A DNA stretch of 63,983 nt, filler included, from Octopus bimaculoides (Eukaryota), in NCBI RefSeq assembly GCF_001194135.2. It is 7 parts of 6 records of this genome, joined end to end, with 100 filler letters (N's around TTAATTAATTAA, not from the genome) between each part and the next. Parts side by side here need not be neighbours in the genome. Positions count along the whole stretch, not along the records: positions 19,180 to 39,172 come from NC_068986.1; positions 39,273 to 49,745 come from NC_068986.1; positions 49,846 to 56,015 come from NC_069008.1; 4 more parts are not named here. The stretch is one strand, 5' to 3'. Position numbers and translations under genes: made by a program. Under the pieces are notes generated by a model that searched no databases, was not told where the DNA came from, and was given only the letters and a program-made list of their open reading frames with translations. This document shows, piece after piece, positions 39,021 to 53,204 of the stretch. Each line of letters starts with the position of its first letter. Positions within the stretch are counted from its first letter, which is position 1.

Positions 39021-39172
39021 TTTCAGCCAAGTGGCTGCGGTCATGCTGGGGCACCACCGTGATTTTCACGTTCCTTGCATGGCTCTTCTCCCCCACCTGA
39101 CATGGTCCAATCAAGAGTTTTAATGGCACATCTGGTGTATAAGAGAATTTGACACAGCTGCACTAAACTGCG
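39021..39172 (+). repeat. Interspersed repeat: SINE-tail-like start fused to a different body; second copy at 61968-62162 (-)
   Basis: TTTCAGCCAAGTGGCTGCGGTCATGCTGG...TTCACGTTCCTTGCATGGCTCTTCTC...GGCACATCTGGTGTATAAGAGAATTTGACA aligns with the reverse complement of 61968-62145. Confidence 0.75.
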
Positions 39173-39642
39173 NNNNNNNNNNNNNNNNNNNNNNNNNNNN
39201 NNNNNNNNNNNNNNNNTTAATTAATTAANNNNNNNNNNNNNNNNNNNNNNNNNNNNNNNNNNNNNNNNNNNNTATATATATATATATATAATATAATATA
39301 ATATAATACATGCGTATAAGAAGGGATGACCAACTAAGTGGACATCCGATATGCTAGAAAGGGGTCATCAATGACCCAACCTCAAATAAAGATAATGTTC
39401 TCCAGAAAAAAAAAAATTCAGTAAACACAAAACCTCAGAGGACAAGACAAAATTAAAAATATGCAGAATAACGAATTAATTGTGCACATGTTTCACCATT
39501 AACTTTTTACTTTTTACTTACAGTTGTACCGATTACAGTGGAGTTATTTTTCAAAATGTCTCAGTTCTGGCGCGCTAAACTCCGGAAACAATTCTGCAGT
39601 GGATAATTCACTGCAGTATATGTAGCCGGCTAGAGAACATAA

Positions 39643-39835
39643 TTACACACAAGGACGTACACGCACACAATAACACACAACACCCTGACAAAGACAAGAC
39701 ACTCTCACACAAATGCACACACATATATAAACACACTGCATAAACAATACAAATAAAACACTCACAAATATAGACCTAAGCATACACACACACCACACAA
39801 AAAAAGGACATACACATACACATTTATGCAAGAGG

Positions 39836-39869
<34 letters not shown>

Positions 39870-40181
39870 CGCCACAGTAAATATAGCACAAATACCACAC
39901 AAAAATGCATTAACCACACACGCGCACACACACATACACACACAAATGTACAAAGTAAAATCTCGCAGACACACACACACACACACACACGCATACACAT
40001 ACACACCGTCCTGCTAAACGTAACACACACGGATACACACACTGCCCCTGACAACTACAGCACACTCATACACATACACACTCACACACATACGTAAATA
40101 TGCACCCATACACACCTATAGGCGTGCACACTCACACACACACACTTAGCACCCGGACAAGTATAACACTACAAACCTACA

Positions 40182-40212
<31 letters not shown>

Positions 40213-40430
40213 GTATACACACGTGAACGCACACAGCAACCCTGCCTAGCGCAACGCACAGAAACATACACACGCACACACAGAGACGCATATATACACA
40301 TACGAACAAACACATATACGCACACATACACATACGTGCGCACACACACACACAGCACCCTGTCAAATACAAATCACACACATAGATACACACACAACTC
40401 TGCCAAATATAAACGACATACATACAGACT

Positions 40431-40469
<39 letters not shown>

Positions 40470-40630
40470 CACTGAATTCAAAGACCAGCCCAAAACTACT
40501 ACACAAATACACAAGCGTATACACACACACACACACAACCGGGTACACCGACAAACACACACACAAATACGCAAACAGACGCACACATACACAAATACAC
40601 ACACACACACACACACACACACATTCACAC
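39643..40630. repeat. About 1 kb degenerate (CA)n-rich low-complexity tract
   Basis: Strongly A/C-biased plus strand with interrupted CA runs. Confidence 0.9.
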
Positions 40631-41344
40631 CATCTTGAACTCTGCGACCTGTTGAAAAACCACCGAACCATGATTAGCCCGGAAACAAAAAATTCTTTTT
40701 GATTTCACAAACTATTCGAAATCAGATCATGTGACTGCTCCCCACCAACCACCCACACTATTTCTAAAAATAGCAACCACCCTTGCAAAACAAAAATACA
40801 AGACTGGAAATGAAGAAAAACAAGTTGGTCATTTGTCTTTCCTCTATAACCCGTATAAACAATTATGATTTCTGATGAACTTTCGACAAAGCAATACACG
40901 CTTTCTCCTATTAAATATTCTCTACAAATTATTTCTGCATATATGATTAATATATATATAATTATGATCTGATTTTACTGCATATTTTGAACACTTTTAT
41001 GTAAAATGTTTAAACACAAAGCTTCTCTTAACATTTTCTTATCATTGTCAACGATTCTATCGCTATATTTAAATGCATCTTGTTAACTAATTTTTTAACA
41101 TGAAAAAGGCTACACACAAAGCCTCGCCCTTAACCTTTGAAAATGTTTTTTTTTTGTTTTGTTTTTTTAATGTGACACCGGTCAAGTCAATAACCATGTT
41201 TAAAAGACCTCTGCATTTCAAATTCTTTTCCCTATATATTTTCACTCGTGTGGTAACTTCTAAATTTACTTTAGTTATGCATACACACACACTCACACAC
41301 ATACATAAAATTTATGGATATATGCATATGTATATCTTTATATA

Positions 41345-41510
41345 CATATATATAGAGCTCCATCATCACAACAATCCCTATCTCTCCACTTCCAGTTGTT
41401 ATCATTTCCACACTTACTTCTGATGGACCAGCTGCCTTTCCTGATTTCACTTCCTTCATTGCCTCCACTACTTCTTCTCGACTATATTAATCTTTTCAGG
41501 GCGTCACATT
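41345..41510 (-). mobile_element. RTE-clade LINE, short fragment at the start of the RT domain
   Basis: EEVVEAMKEVKSGKAAGPSEVSVEMITTGSGEIGIVVMMEL (MKxGKAxGPxxxxxEM motif). Confidence 0.7.
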
Positions 41511-41749
41511 CACAATTAGCCCCTAAGCAAATAACGTGAATACTGGCTCAGAAATACTATGGAATAATTAAATTTGATCGACAACTGAGGGCTCTATAAA
41601 ATTCCATTTTGCGTAACGTGGACAAGTTTTCACTAAAGACGAGTTTGAACGAGTCTTCATTAAGTTAATTGTGGAATTATTGTTAATCATTTACATGTAT
41701 ACTGTCTTTTTCCTTCTATTATATTCTATATTATTGATGAAAATCAGTG

Positions 41750-41860
41750 AGTTGGAAGAATCTTCAGCGCATATGACAGAATGCTTAGCAGCATTTCTTC
41801 TGACTCTTTACTCAATAAGTTCAAATTCGCCATAGGTTGATTTTGCCTTCTATTATCTCA
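41750..41860 (+). mobile_element. Old family B SINE head
   Basis: GAGTTGGAAGAATC...GAATGCTTAGCAGCATTTC...AAGTTCAAATTCGCC. Confidence 0.45.
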
Positions 41861-44800
41861 TCTAACTCAATGCTTTTAGCATTGATATCGATGTAATCAA
41901 CTTAATCTTGCCCTCAACATTGCTGAACATGTGCCAGAAATAGAAAGAGCATTCCTGTTATAAGTGAAGTAAATGGAAGTCATTTGGTTGACTACAAGGG
42001 AATGAACGACGTATGCCTTATTGCGCAAGGCTAGAAGCTCTTCCTTAAAATGCAAGTCTATAACAACTGTACATCTTGTGATACTTGCTTGGCGAAAATA
42101 TAAATGTGAGATATTATATAACAGATTGTGTAACTTTAGAGTTGCGATGAAATCTCTGGAGCAAATCAAATAAGTCCATTTACAGTTATTTCTAATGAGA
42201 CACCCTTTCTTGACTCGTTTGATTGATATTTATATATACACAAACACCCACGTACATATGTACTCACATATACACATAAACACACATGTACAAACACATA
42301 CACACACATATACATATAGACAGACACTCACCTGCACATATATACGTTCGCGTGTGTTCTTTTAGGTTTATATGTGTGTATGTATGTATATGTGCGCGCC
42401 AATCAATTGTTCGAAATGCGCGCTTAACTGTCTGCATATCTATATGTATCGATATGATAAAAGTTAGGGTGACGGGAAACACAAGCATTGTGTTTCACAG
42501 TAGACAGAAATCGTGTTTATCTACAGAAAATTAAGTTTGCTATGGACGATGATTTTTTTTTTTTTTTTTTTTTTCACTTTATTCAGAACAGCAAGCACAG
42601 AATTTATAAATATATTCTTTTTATAGGAAGGCATGATATTAAGAAATTTTCGTGACGAGCGAAATAAATGTAATGCAACTTGATGTAGCTTTATATCAAT
42701 ACTGAAGAAAAGAGAACCATTGTATTAGTTTTAGATCATTATAGATCGTCGATCTCTTTTCTTCACTCTATGTGAGCAGACTGCTGTTGGCTTATGTTTG
42801 CTCGTCAAGTAAACATAATGATCTACAAACTCTTTGATCTGAAGTGTTTTATAATTATTATAAATACATTTGGAAATGCTTGTGGGACTTCATGACAGAA
42901 TTTCCTGGATCTGTATACGACAAATATGCATTAAGTTTTTCACAAAGAAAATTATAAACAGAAGGAAAGAATGAATCCGAAGTTTAATGTATTGGTTTAT
43001 AGGTTTATTATCTGACATTTAAAAGACATAAGGAATAAGAAAATGTAAATGTTTATATGCAAGAGAAGTGGTTTAGCTGTTTTGAACGATAAAACGAAAA
43101 TGTGAGCAGAAAGTTTATTAACGTTCCTTTACTTTTCTTTCCATGATTTGGTTTGGAGAAAGACGCTCTAACGAGGTTTATGAAGGGGTTTAGTATTCTC
43201 ATTAAACAACTGCAAAGATTGTTTGCACGAAAACATAGGTGGGAATTGGATTGTAGATTTTCAGCACTTTTAAAGAGAAATATCGGTGTAGGATCTCATA
43301 TGGTGGAGTAATCAGCGACTATCGAAAAAATGCAGATATTAAAATGAAGACAACCAGCGGTTAGGAGGTCATGTTTCTCTAGAAGCTATACATTATTCAT
43401 CGTGTGCTAGCTATCGTCTAAATTTTTGTCTTCGCCTTTGCCTTTACATCGATCATTTGGGAGGCCGATATAGCATGTATCTACGATGTCGTATCTCTAG
43501 TTGTAATATCGTCGTATATATTGGAGCGATAAATCCTTTTCTGAGTCATTTAAGCATTTCGCAAGGTTAGTTAGTATCTTTTTATTTGTTTGATATACAT
43601 AGGGAGGAAAGTGTGCATACATCATGCCTTCGAAGTCTCTCCGCGGCCGATTAGAATGATGCTTCTGATTTTCATTTTCATCCCATACAAACCAATGCAA
43701 ACGAAATAAACGACAAACGCAGTGAATGGGATCAATAGTTGGGATGTTGTGAATAGTGTAATGCAAAAATATTTGTAACTTAAACAGTGATTAAACATGA
43801 GGAGGTGAATAGTATTTTTATTTGGTATTTCCGGTAGAGAACACCATGTATGTTAAGCTCTATATGAGGATTTTAGAAGCGTACTCTCTTCCACATTTTA
43901 TCATAGAGTACAAAGTCATCAGTCAAATGTATTTTCTGTTCGCTTACTGTTGAAGGACAAAGCAATGGCATGCTTCCTAAACAATTGAAGATTGAGTTTA
44001 ATGGGTATGTAAATGAGGCCAACAGATCTTCGGTGTTAAAGATCTATGTTGCTTGTGTGTGAAGTGAGATGTATTATTTTAAGATTTTTCTTAGATGGAG
44101 GTAAGGGCACACAAGTCATAGACTATTCACACAGAATCCGCGAAGTCTTTGAACAGAAATATTTCCATCAGCACATACTACAAATCGTCCTCTCTGAAAT
44201 AATCTCCCCAAACAAAAGATATGACATGTATGGAGTTCATAGTCACGTAGATTATCTAAAATGTATACATAGAGTAATATCATTCAAATGAGTAGCACAT
44301 CCCTTTAAGAAGTGGGGGTACACATTTGAAAAATATATTCAAACACACCTTCATACGACCTGGTATATAAAAGTTCCGTGTGCCAAGGAATCTCTCAAAC
44401 GAGAACATTCCATATTTTTCATTTAATCTTAGGGAAGTGATGATTAAGAGGAACATTTAATTTTAGAAATGAATATGCATCAACCATATTTTGGTTACCC
44501 CGTGGAAAAAACGTTGCGAAGCATATGTTTACACATTGGCAACGATATTCGATATCTACTTAGTTCCAATTTATACATCTCTTTGGTGATTCATTTGTAA
44601 TTACTTTAATAAAGATACTAAAGATTGTGTTTCGCTAAGGAGTAGTAATAATACGAAAAACAAAACCCGACGTTATGTCCGATATCTCCCAAAGTAAGTA
44701 ACAAATATTATATTTTCACAAAAATTGATTTTTGCCACACTGTAATCTATTTCAGCTTAACATTGTATTGTTACCCACAGTGAATGTTCTAACATCAGAT

Positions 44801-47800
44801 ATACATAAGACTAATGTAAATAGATGCAGTATTACTTGCTAGTAACAAGTTGTTAATAGATTGAACACAGCAATTTCACTTAACGATGCAGGTATCCTGA
44901 GAAATGTTCCAGGGGAAATTTATCTAGTTATTGTTTTACAATGAGTGAAAGTGGCTTTTATTTGATATTTAAATGCTGAAATATCAATAAATACGAACTA
45001 AACATTCGATCTTTTGGCCCGCCAACATGTGGCCTCTTTCCTTCCATTCAGCATATAAGGTAACGATTTTCAGTTGATTGAATGCATCACAAATCTATAT
45101 GGCTTGACATACTATTTTTTAGTATATTTCCTATGGAATAATCAAACTTACACTCACAAATATACCCACTGTATCTCTATATCACTGCGACGATGGTTTA
45201 TCTTATATCAGCATTATATGATCCTATTTAATATGTATAATCCTTAAATCTTCATTCTAAATTTTCTCAGAGATCAATTTATACAAGTTCACTTAACGCA
45301 TTTACATGATAGGAAGAGCAGCTGGTGACATGTATTTTACTACTTAAATAAATTAGATAACAAATAACTTCGCATTTTCCTTTCACCTGGGGAAACCAGC
45401 CAGCATTATGCAGTTCATTGAAATAAAGAAAACGATCGAATATAAAGTTATAAAATATTGTATACATGTATAGATAGACTGATAGATGCACATATGATAC
45501 CTACATACGTTCATGTATATATATATATATNNNNNNNNNNNNNNNNNNNNNNNNNNNNNNNNNNNNNNNNNNNNNNNNNNNNNNNNNNNNNNNNNNNNNN
45601 NNNNNNNNNNNNNNNNNNNNNNNNNNNNNNNNNNNNNNNNNNNNNNNNNATATATATAATCACTAGCTTTAAATTCATTTTAAGCATTCAAGTATATTGT
45701 TTCGGTAAGCCCTATCGTAATCCAAAATTACTTAATTAATTGTGTAATGAGATTTCCGTTCTTGTGTTAATAATGATCACTATTTGCTTTAAGAAGATAT
45801 TTCTTTTAATCGATTACAATGAATATCAGAGAAAGTAATAAGAAAGAATGAAGCGATTACACTCATTGTAAACAATGTTGCTGTTTGCTTGTATGTGTCT
45901 TTGTTATAAAGGCTTAACTCCTTTCCTCGTATGTATAATGTGTTCCATTCCCTATGCAATATTACGTGATTAGTTTAATCAATGAATCTCTCATCAACAA
46001 ATACCGAATTACTGCACGATACTCTATATCATTTAGATCGTATTCTATAAGCATTTCAATCAAGAAGGCCACACAATTATTGAGTGTTTGGGTCAACAAA
46101 ACCATGAACTTTGTATAGAATTGGAATTATTCGTAATGAGGTGTCCGATTTTCGCAAATTAGATTTCAGTTATACACCTTTCAACTATTCTCTTACATTA
46201 TTAACAGACACCAAGTGACAATTTACTCTTAATTACCCAAAGGTTTTCACTAGGCAATTAATTAATTAACTCGAAATGAACTCTAGTCTTCGCTTTTCAC
46301 AGGTCTTATGATATATGTATGTATATGAATTATTTTTTAATTTGTATGTGACAATAACGTCTTTAGCTTTCATGAGATTCTGGGAAATTAAACTTTTTAA
46401 GTTTTGTAACTCCTAATTAGACATGTCTGATTTATGTATATGAATCTTGCCAAATATTTGAAGAGTTTGGAATTGATAGAAATGACAAGAGAACGGTCAT
46501 ATATCTCAACGAGCTTCCATTACATGATTTATATTCTTGAATGCAGACATAAATTATAATTAGTTACTGACGTTTATAGATTATTGGAGACTCCGATTTA
46601 TACGGTAAACTATTCATATATGAATTCAGCAATGCTGTTTCGATATACTGTTTGTATGCACATACGATTTACTAAACTTGCCAACAGTGTTATGTATGAG
46701 AATGTATGTATGGAAATCATTAACTCTGTTATCTTGTGACTGTCACCAAGTAACACGTACCAAATTCTGCTAATTCTATCAGAGGCCTATGTTATTACTA
46801 GCAGACATAAGCGCTTTATCCTCCCTAGCGAAGGCAGAGCTACAGGCAGACAGGCAGACCGAACGACCGACAAACAGACGGACAGATAGGCAGACAGGTA
46901 GATAGGCAGACAGGTAGATAGACAGAATAATTGATTGATGATTGATTGATTGATTGATTGATCGATTAATTCAGACATATATTTATGTATGTCCATGGAT
47001 ACATACATTTTTATGCCATATACTATTGGACAAACCAACGAATTTCAAAGTTACACTTTATGGTACTTGGATGCTAAGCATGAAGTCTCTACAAAGAATA
47101 ATTCCACGAACAGAGAAGAAAGTAGGAAAAGCTACAACTGCCACTCATTTCATCTTTCTTTGTTGTCTAATTGCTATCAGAGCAGGCGTTTGTGTCCTTA
47201 AATGTTCACTGGCTCATTGCATATGTAACCCCTTATATTAGTCGTTCAAGTAAAATGGACGTATATTTGCATCAGTAGCAAATTCTTGGCAACTAATCCA
47301 AAATTTAAATCATTGCACTGTTAATAATTTTAGATTTTGTCGTTTTATTTTGCTATTACTTAATGCGTACATGGGAATGATTTCACATTCATAGTAACAT
47401 ATCGATTTAGGTAAAAATTGGTAGTCTGTATGTCTTAAAAAAGCACAACCAGCATTCAAAACAAAACGAATATGATGAATAATATTACCTGAAAATAATT
47501 GCAGCTCATATAACTGGATATTTATACTTCAAACTATAGGAAACGGGTATATTATGATAGGATTGATTTGTCTCATACACCAGCTGAATCAGAGAGATCT
47601 AAATCAGCAAACAGAATGTATGCATCTATTACTTAGGAGGGTTAGATTGTAGGATAACATTCTTTAGCAATGAACGATTTTCCATAGTGCGTATCATGTG
47701 CGCATTAATACATATGAAATATTTTATTGCATATGTCATTCATAAAACATTTCATATCAAGCAGTATCTCCATTGTTCAATATTAACAGAGTTACAGAAG

Positions 47801-48863
47801 TTTTGAGATTCTCTTCTTTATCACTGTCTTCCACTTTTTATCTGCATTGATGCATTATATATCTGTTGTGTATACACAAACGCCTGTATCGTTCTCTGGC
47901 AACAATTCTTTTCACTCGAAGATTCTCCGTTTTCAAAAAAAATTGAACTGACTTGTATTATTTGTCAAAAATATGAATAATTCTTCAGGCTAAATAGAAG
48001 CGATCCTGTCATTTTTGGTATTTAAAAATGCCAATCTTTTATGGTATTGTTTCAAAGAAAACTGCAGACCAATATACTAAACGAATGAAACCGCATCTTC
48101 CCTTTGTTCGATCACTCACTTTAGTCATATTTTTTTTTTAATCTTTTCAATTCCATATTTGACATTTGAGTAGATCAAATATTTCTAGTTTTGATATGTG
48201 TTTAATTTATTAAAATACTATCTGCCCATTTCAGAAATGGATGTTTACTAAATATAGAATATACTTTCATTTGGTTTATATTCCACTGGGATCAATATAC
48301 AAATACATAGAGCTGGTAGAATCGTTAACATGCCAAGCGAAATGCTTAGCAATCCCGCATTATGTTCTCGCTCGTTGTAAGTGGGTACAGACGGTAGAAT
48401 AATTTTCGGTTTCTAACTGGCAAGTGCGACTGGTTATATTTGACAGTGAATATATAACAAATTATCATCATAAATGACAGTGAATAAAACCTGTCAAAGA
48501 ATGCTAAAATTAAGAAGGATTTGTATACACTCTTTGACATGAATGCATATATAGACGTACACACACAAAGACATGTGCGCGCATACGCGCACACTCACTT
48601 ATCCGTGATTAGAAACAATCAAGATGTTGTTATTAGCGGCAGACATCTAACTGTTATCTCGCATCTCTCCGGGTAGAGTATTCCCCTGTCAGTCACGGAC
48701 GACCGCTCGTCACGGCAGAGACGCTCACACCTACGCAAGTATTTGTTTATACACATAGGATGCACACTCGTATATATTTTTATTTTTATTCTTATTTTTA
48801 GCGGTGTGTAAACGCACACGCACACAGACTCATATGCAATGATATTTATATACACCCATGTAT

Positions 48864-49583
48864 ATGACTTGTGACCGAGACCTTTGGAAATATGCTGTGC
48901 GTGAGAAGACCGGTAAGGCTAGTGAGACCATAATCCGAGGCTTCTCCAGGGGTGTAGCCAGCCAACGTATGCGTACCTTTCCTTCATTGGACACTAAACT
49001 CCGCTTGCGAAGACCTGTTGAGGCAAGTGAAATCGAAATCGAACCAAATTCGACGACTAGCATCCATGACAACCTCTCCTTCATTGGACACTAAACTCGG
49101 ATTGTGAAAACCTGTTGGGGAAGTGAAATCGACATCGTGATGGCACCTGTACCAGTGAAGCGCTAAGAGCACCGTTCGAGCGTGATCCTTACAAGAGAAA
49201 CTGTCTGGCTTCGTGCCAGTGGCATGTAAATAGCGCCATTTGAGCTTCATCGTTACCAGCGTCGCCTTACTGGCCCTTGTGCTGGTGGCACGTGAAAAAA
49301 ACATTCGCGCGGGGTCTTTGCCAGTGCCGCTCTACTGGGTCCTGTACGGGTGGCACATAAAATACACCATTTTGAGCGTGGCCGTTGCCAGTACCGCTTG
49401 ACTGGCCCTCGTAAAAGCACTCACTGCACTTTCAGAGTGGTTGGCGTTAAGAAGGGCATCCAGCTGTAGAAACTCTGCCAAATCAGATTGGAGCCTGGCG
49501 TAGCCATCTAGTTCGCTAGTCCTCATTCAAATCGTCCAACCCATGCTAGCATGGAAGGCAGACATTAAAAGATGATGATGATG
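48864..49583 (+). mobile_element. RTE-clade LINE 3' end (ORF C-terminus, internally repetitive 3' UTR, (GAT)n tail)
   Basis: MTCDRDLWKYAVREKT; duplicated TTCATTGGACACTAAACTC block; GGTTGGCGTTAAGAAGGGCATCCAGCTGTAGAAAC; GATGATGATGATG tail; 3' UTR homologous to 58687-59000 (-). Confidence 0.8.
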
Positions 49584-50244
49584 TATATATCTCCATGTCC
49601 ATAAATATGTATATAAGTGTCCATATTACATTTAGAGGCAGGTGAATATATATGTGTATTTATATATCTATATATACATGCATATATATTTATACATATG
49701 TGTGTATTCCAACATATGTATATATGTAAATGCATATGTATACGTNNNNNNNNNNNNNNNNNNNNNNNNNNNNNNNNNNNNNNNNNNNNTTAATTAATTA
49801 ANNNNNNNNNNNNNNNNNNNNNNNNNNNNNNNNNNNNNNNNNNNNTATATATATATATATATGTATGTATGTATACACACACACATACGCACGCACACTC
49901 ACATACACACACATGTATATCCACGAACTACGAGTCACTTGCATGGCATCAAATGTCTCCAAACACGTTCGCCACGTAGCCAAGCGTTCGGGTTAAGAAC
50001 CGTCACTATAAACCATTTCATACTAATTACGCATTCTAATTAAACTAATTTTCATTCTTTGATGGTGTCAAATGAATTTTATTCTCTTAATTTACGACAT
50101 GGTTAGCTCATTGTGAATGGCGTATTTTTTTATGCCCTGTCAACTTAGTCAACAATCTCTAATGCCATAAGAATAGCATGTAACGATGGCATGCAAGTGT
50201 CAACAGAATGGGGCAGCCATCTTTTAAATTTTAAACACAAGTTT

Positions 50245-50500
50245 GCTTCCGAACCGCATCGTTCCGTGTTCAGTCCCGTTGCTTGGCACACGTTGGATAA
50301 ATAATCTCTACTATAGCTCCGGGTCGACCAGAGCCTTGTGAGTGAATATACAAGCAGAAACTGAGGATTTATTCTTCGTAAGCCTAATACTTATTGTATC
50401 GGTTTTTTGCCGAACTGCTAAGTTCCGGGGACATAAACACACCAACATCTGTTGTCAAGTGATGATGGGGGGGAGGGAGCAAACACAAACATATACACAC
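50245..50500. mobile_element. Family A SINE head (+) abutting a family A 3' half (-)
   Basis: GTTCAGTCCCGTTGCTTGGCAC...GGTCGACCAGAGCCTTGTGAGTG followed by GTAAGCCTAATACTTATTGTATCGG...GGGGACATAAACACACC. Confidence 0.6.
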
Positions 50501-51046
50501 ATAAATAAATAAATATATATATATATATATATATAGTCTGTTAAAGTCTGTCATACCGGCCATGATGAAATACCACAAGGTATAGAAAATACGTATTCGC
50601 CTTTATATATTTAATCCTTTATATTGAACACTCAATATTTCATCTATTCAATAAGACATAAGACATTCAATACTTTATTTCATAGTACCATCCATTTTTN
50701 NNNNNNNNNNNNNNNNNNNNNNNNNNNNNNNNNNNNNNNNNNNNNNNNNNNNNNNNNNNNNNNNNNNNNNNNNNNNNNNNNNNNNNNNNNNNNNNNNNNN
50801 NNNNNNNNNNNNNNNNNNNNNNNNNNNNNNNNNNNNNNNNNNNNNNNNNNNNNNNNNNNNNNNNNNNNNNNNNNNNNNNNNNNNNNNNNNNNNNNNNNNN
50901 NNNNNNNNNNNNNNNNNNNNNNNNNNNNNNNNNNNNNNNNNNNNNNNNNNNNNNNNNNNNNNNNNNNNNNNNNNNNNNNNNNNNNNNNNNNNNNNNNNNN
51001 NNNNNNNNNNNNNNNNNNNNNNNNNNNNNNNNNNNNNNNNNNNNNN

Positions 51047-51090
<44 letters not shown>

Positions 51091-51109
51091 GGTTGGAATG
51101 TTTTAGTTT

Positions 51110-51315
51110 TTGCTTATCAAGTCCAATCAGAAAGCCTTGGTTGGCCCGATGTTACGACAAAAGAAACTTTTGCCGAATGTACCACGGTGGAAAGTGAACT
51201 CAGAACCATGTGGCTGGAAAGGAAACTTCTTACCACAGAGCCACCCTTATATACACAAATATGTCTGTGTGTATATATGAGGGAGTGGCTATGTGATAAC
51301 AAGTTTGTTTGCCAT

Positions 51316-51349
<34 letters not shown>

Positions 51350-51480
51350 TGTGTGTGTGTGTGTGCATCTAGGTTTGCGCTTGTCCCCAGCAGCGATCGA
51401 TAACCAGTGCTAGTTTGTTTGCGTCGCTGTATATTAGTGGTTTGACCTGGGGGTGTTCAAAACAACAAAATGTCAGCGTT
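51110..51480. mobile_element. Diverged family A SINE pieces (head on -, 3' half on +) around (TG)n
   Basis: AAGCCTTGGTTGGCCCG...GAACTCAGAACCATGTGGCTGG...TTACCACAGAGCCAC; TTGTCCCCAGCAGCGATCGATAACCAGTGCTAGTTTGTTTGCGTC. Confidence 0.5.
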
Positions 51481-51721
51481 AAAAGTTGATCGCCCACCAT
51501 TTGGCATGTAATTACTGGATCTAGATCTCTGTTTGTTAGCTTCATTAGCAGCAAATACCCGCGTCACTTCATGTTATGCGAACAACGACTGCTGGCTGAT
51601 ATACTTAAATGGTGATCGAAAGGTCACTGATGACGCGTTTAGCTTGCAGGCTGAAAAGAAATTCATTATCTGCAGCAGCAACACTAGCAGTTCAAAATTA
51701 GTGAGCTACAGACTTATTTAA

Positions 51722-51945
51722 CCCTTCAGTTTTTAAGACGGCCCATGTCCGGCGCAAATATTCCATCTCTTTAATGCTCAAACCGACCAAATCCAACTTC
51801 CTACATCTATCCCACAATGCCATTGCAAACATAAAGAAACACATCAACATAATTTCAAAGCTATAAAATGCTGCATGATCATTTCACAATAATGTGAATA
51901 AATGAGAATTAGATTTGACAGAGGAAACACTTGAATACCAAAGGC
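51722..51945. mobile_element. TTAA-flanked piggyBac-like MITE, degenerate
   Basis: TTAA at 51718-51721 and 51946-51949; ends CCCTTCAGT and ACCAAAGGC are imperfect inverted repeats. Confidence 0.45.
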
Positions 51946-51958
51946 TTAAAGTGTATAA

Positions 51959-52042
51959 AAGTGGTTCCCAATCTGGGGTCCGCGTTTCCCTGGTCGTCCG
52001 CAAAGGTAGTAGTGGGAGTCCGTGAGCTAAATTCAAAATTTC

Positions 52043-52045
<3 letters not shown>
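51959..52045. mobile_element. One terminus of a hAT-Charlie-like non-autonomous element
   Basis: AGTGGTTCCCAATCTGGGGTCCGCG resembles CAGTGGTTCCCAAC-type Charlie termini with GGGGTCC subterminal repeats. Confidence 0.5.
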
Positions 52046-52118
<73 letters not shown>

Positions 52119-52639
52119 NNNNNNNNNNNNNNNNNNNNNNNNNNNNNNNNNNNNNNNNNNNNNNNNNNNNNNNNNNNNNNNNNNNNNNNNNNNNNNNNNN
52201 NNNNNNNNNNNNNNNNNNNNNNNNNNNNNNNNNNNNNNNNNNNNNNNNNNNNNNNNNNNNNNNNNNNNNNNNNNNNNNNNNNNNNNNNNNNNNNNNNNNN
52301 NNNNNNNNNNNNNNNNNNNNNNNNNNNNNNNNNNNNNNNNNNNNNNNNNNNNNNNNNNNNNNNNNNNNNNNNNNNNNNNNNNNNNNNNNNNNNNNNNNNN
52401 NNNNNNNNNNNNNNNNNNNNNNNNNNNNNNNNNNNNNNNNNNNNNNNNNNNNNNNNNNNNNNNNNNNNNNNNNNNNNNNNNNNNNNNNNNNNNNNNNNNN
52501 NNNNNNNNNNNNNNNNNNNNNNNNNNNNNNNNNNNNNNNNNNNNNNNNNNNNNNNNNNNNNNNNNNNNNNNNNNNNNNNNNNNNNNNNNNNNNNNNNNNN
52601 NNNNNNNNNNNNNNNNNNNNNNNNNNNNAAACAAAGTAT

Positions 52640-52958
52640 ATATATTCCTCGGCGGAATTTGAACTCAGAAAGTAACGGCAGACGAAATACCGCTAAGCAT
52701 TTCGCCCGGCGTGCTAACGTTTCTTATTTCTTTATTGTCCACAAGGGGCTAAACATAGAGGGGACAAACAAGGACAGACAAAGGGATTAAGCCGAATACA
52801 TCGACACCAGTGCGTAACTGGTACTTAATTTATCGACCTCGAAAGGATGAAAGGAAAAGTCGACCTCGGCAGAATTTGAACCCAGAACGTAAAGACAGAT
52901 GAAATACCGCTAAGCATTTCGCCCGGCGTGCTAACGATTCTGCCAGCTCGCCGCCTTG
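52640..52958 (-). mobile_element. Two tandem family B SINEs (one full-length, one partial)
   Basis: CTCGGCGGAATTTGAACTCAGAA...TTCGCCCGGCGTGCTAACG occurs at about 52648-52720 and again at about 52865-52940. Confidence 0.8.
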
Positions 52959-53204
52959 GGCAAGGTCTACATTCGCAGAACACTGACAACAATTTTTATG
53001 GCGCCCGTCCTAACCGCTGAACTACCAAATCCTCGTCGCGTCTCCTAATAGAATCAAAGTGATGTTTATAGTGTCTCTGGCTGCTAATTAGAACTTTCAA
53101 TATGATTTACATTAAAATATTAGCAATTAATTAGATAAGATGTAAAACACTATTAAAATTAATTAGCGTTATTAACGAATCTAACGCTGGAAGTATTCAA
53201 ATTC

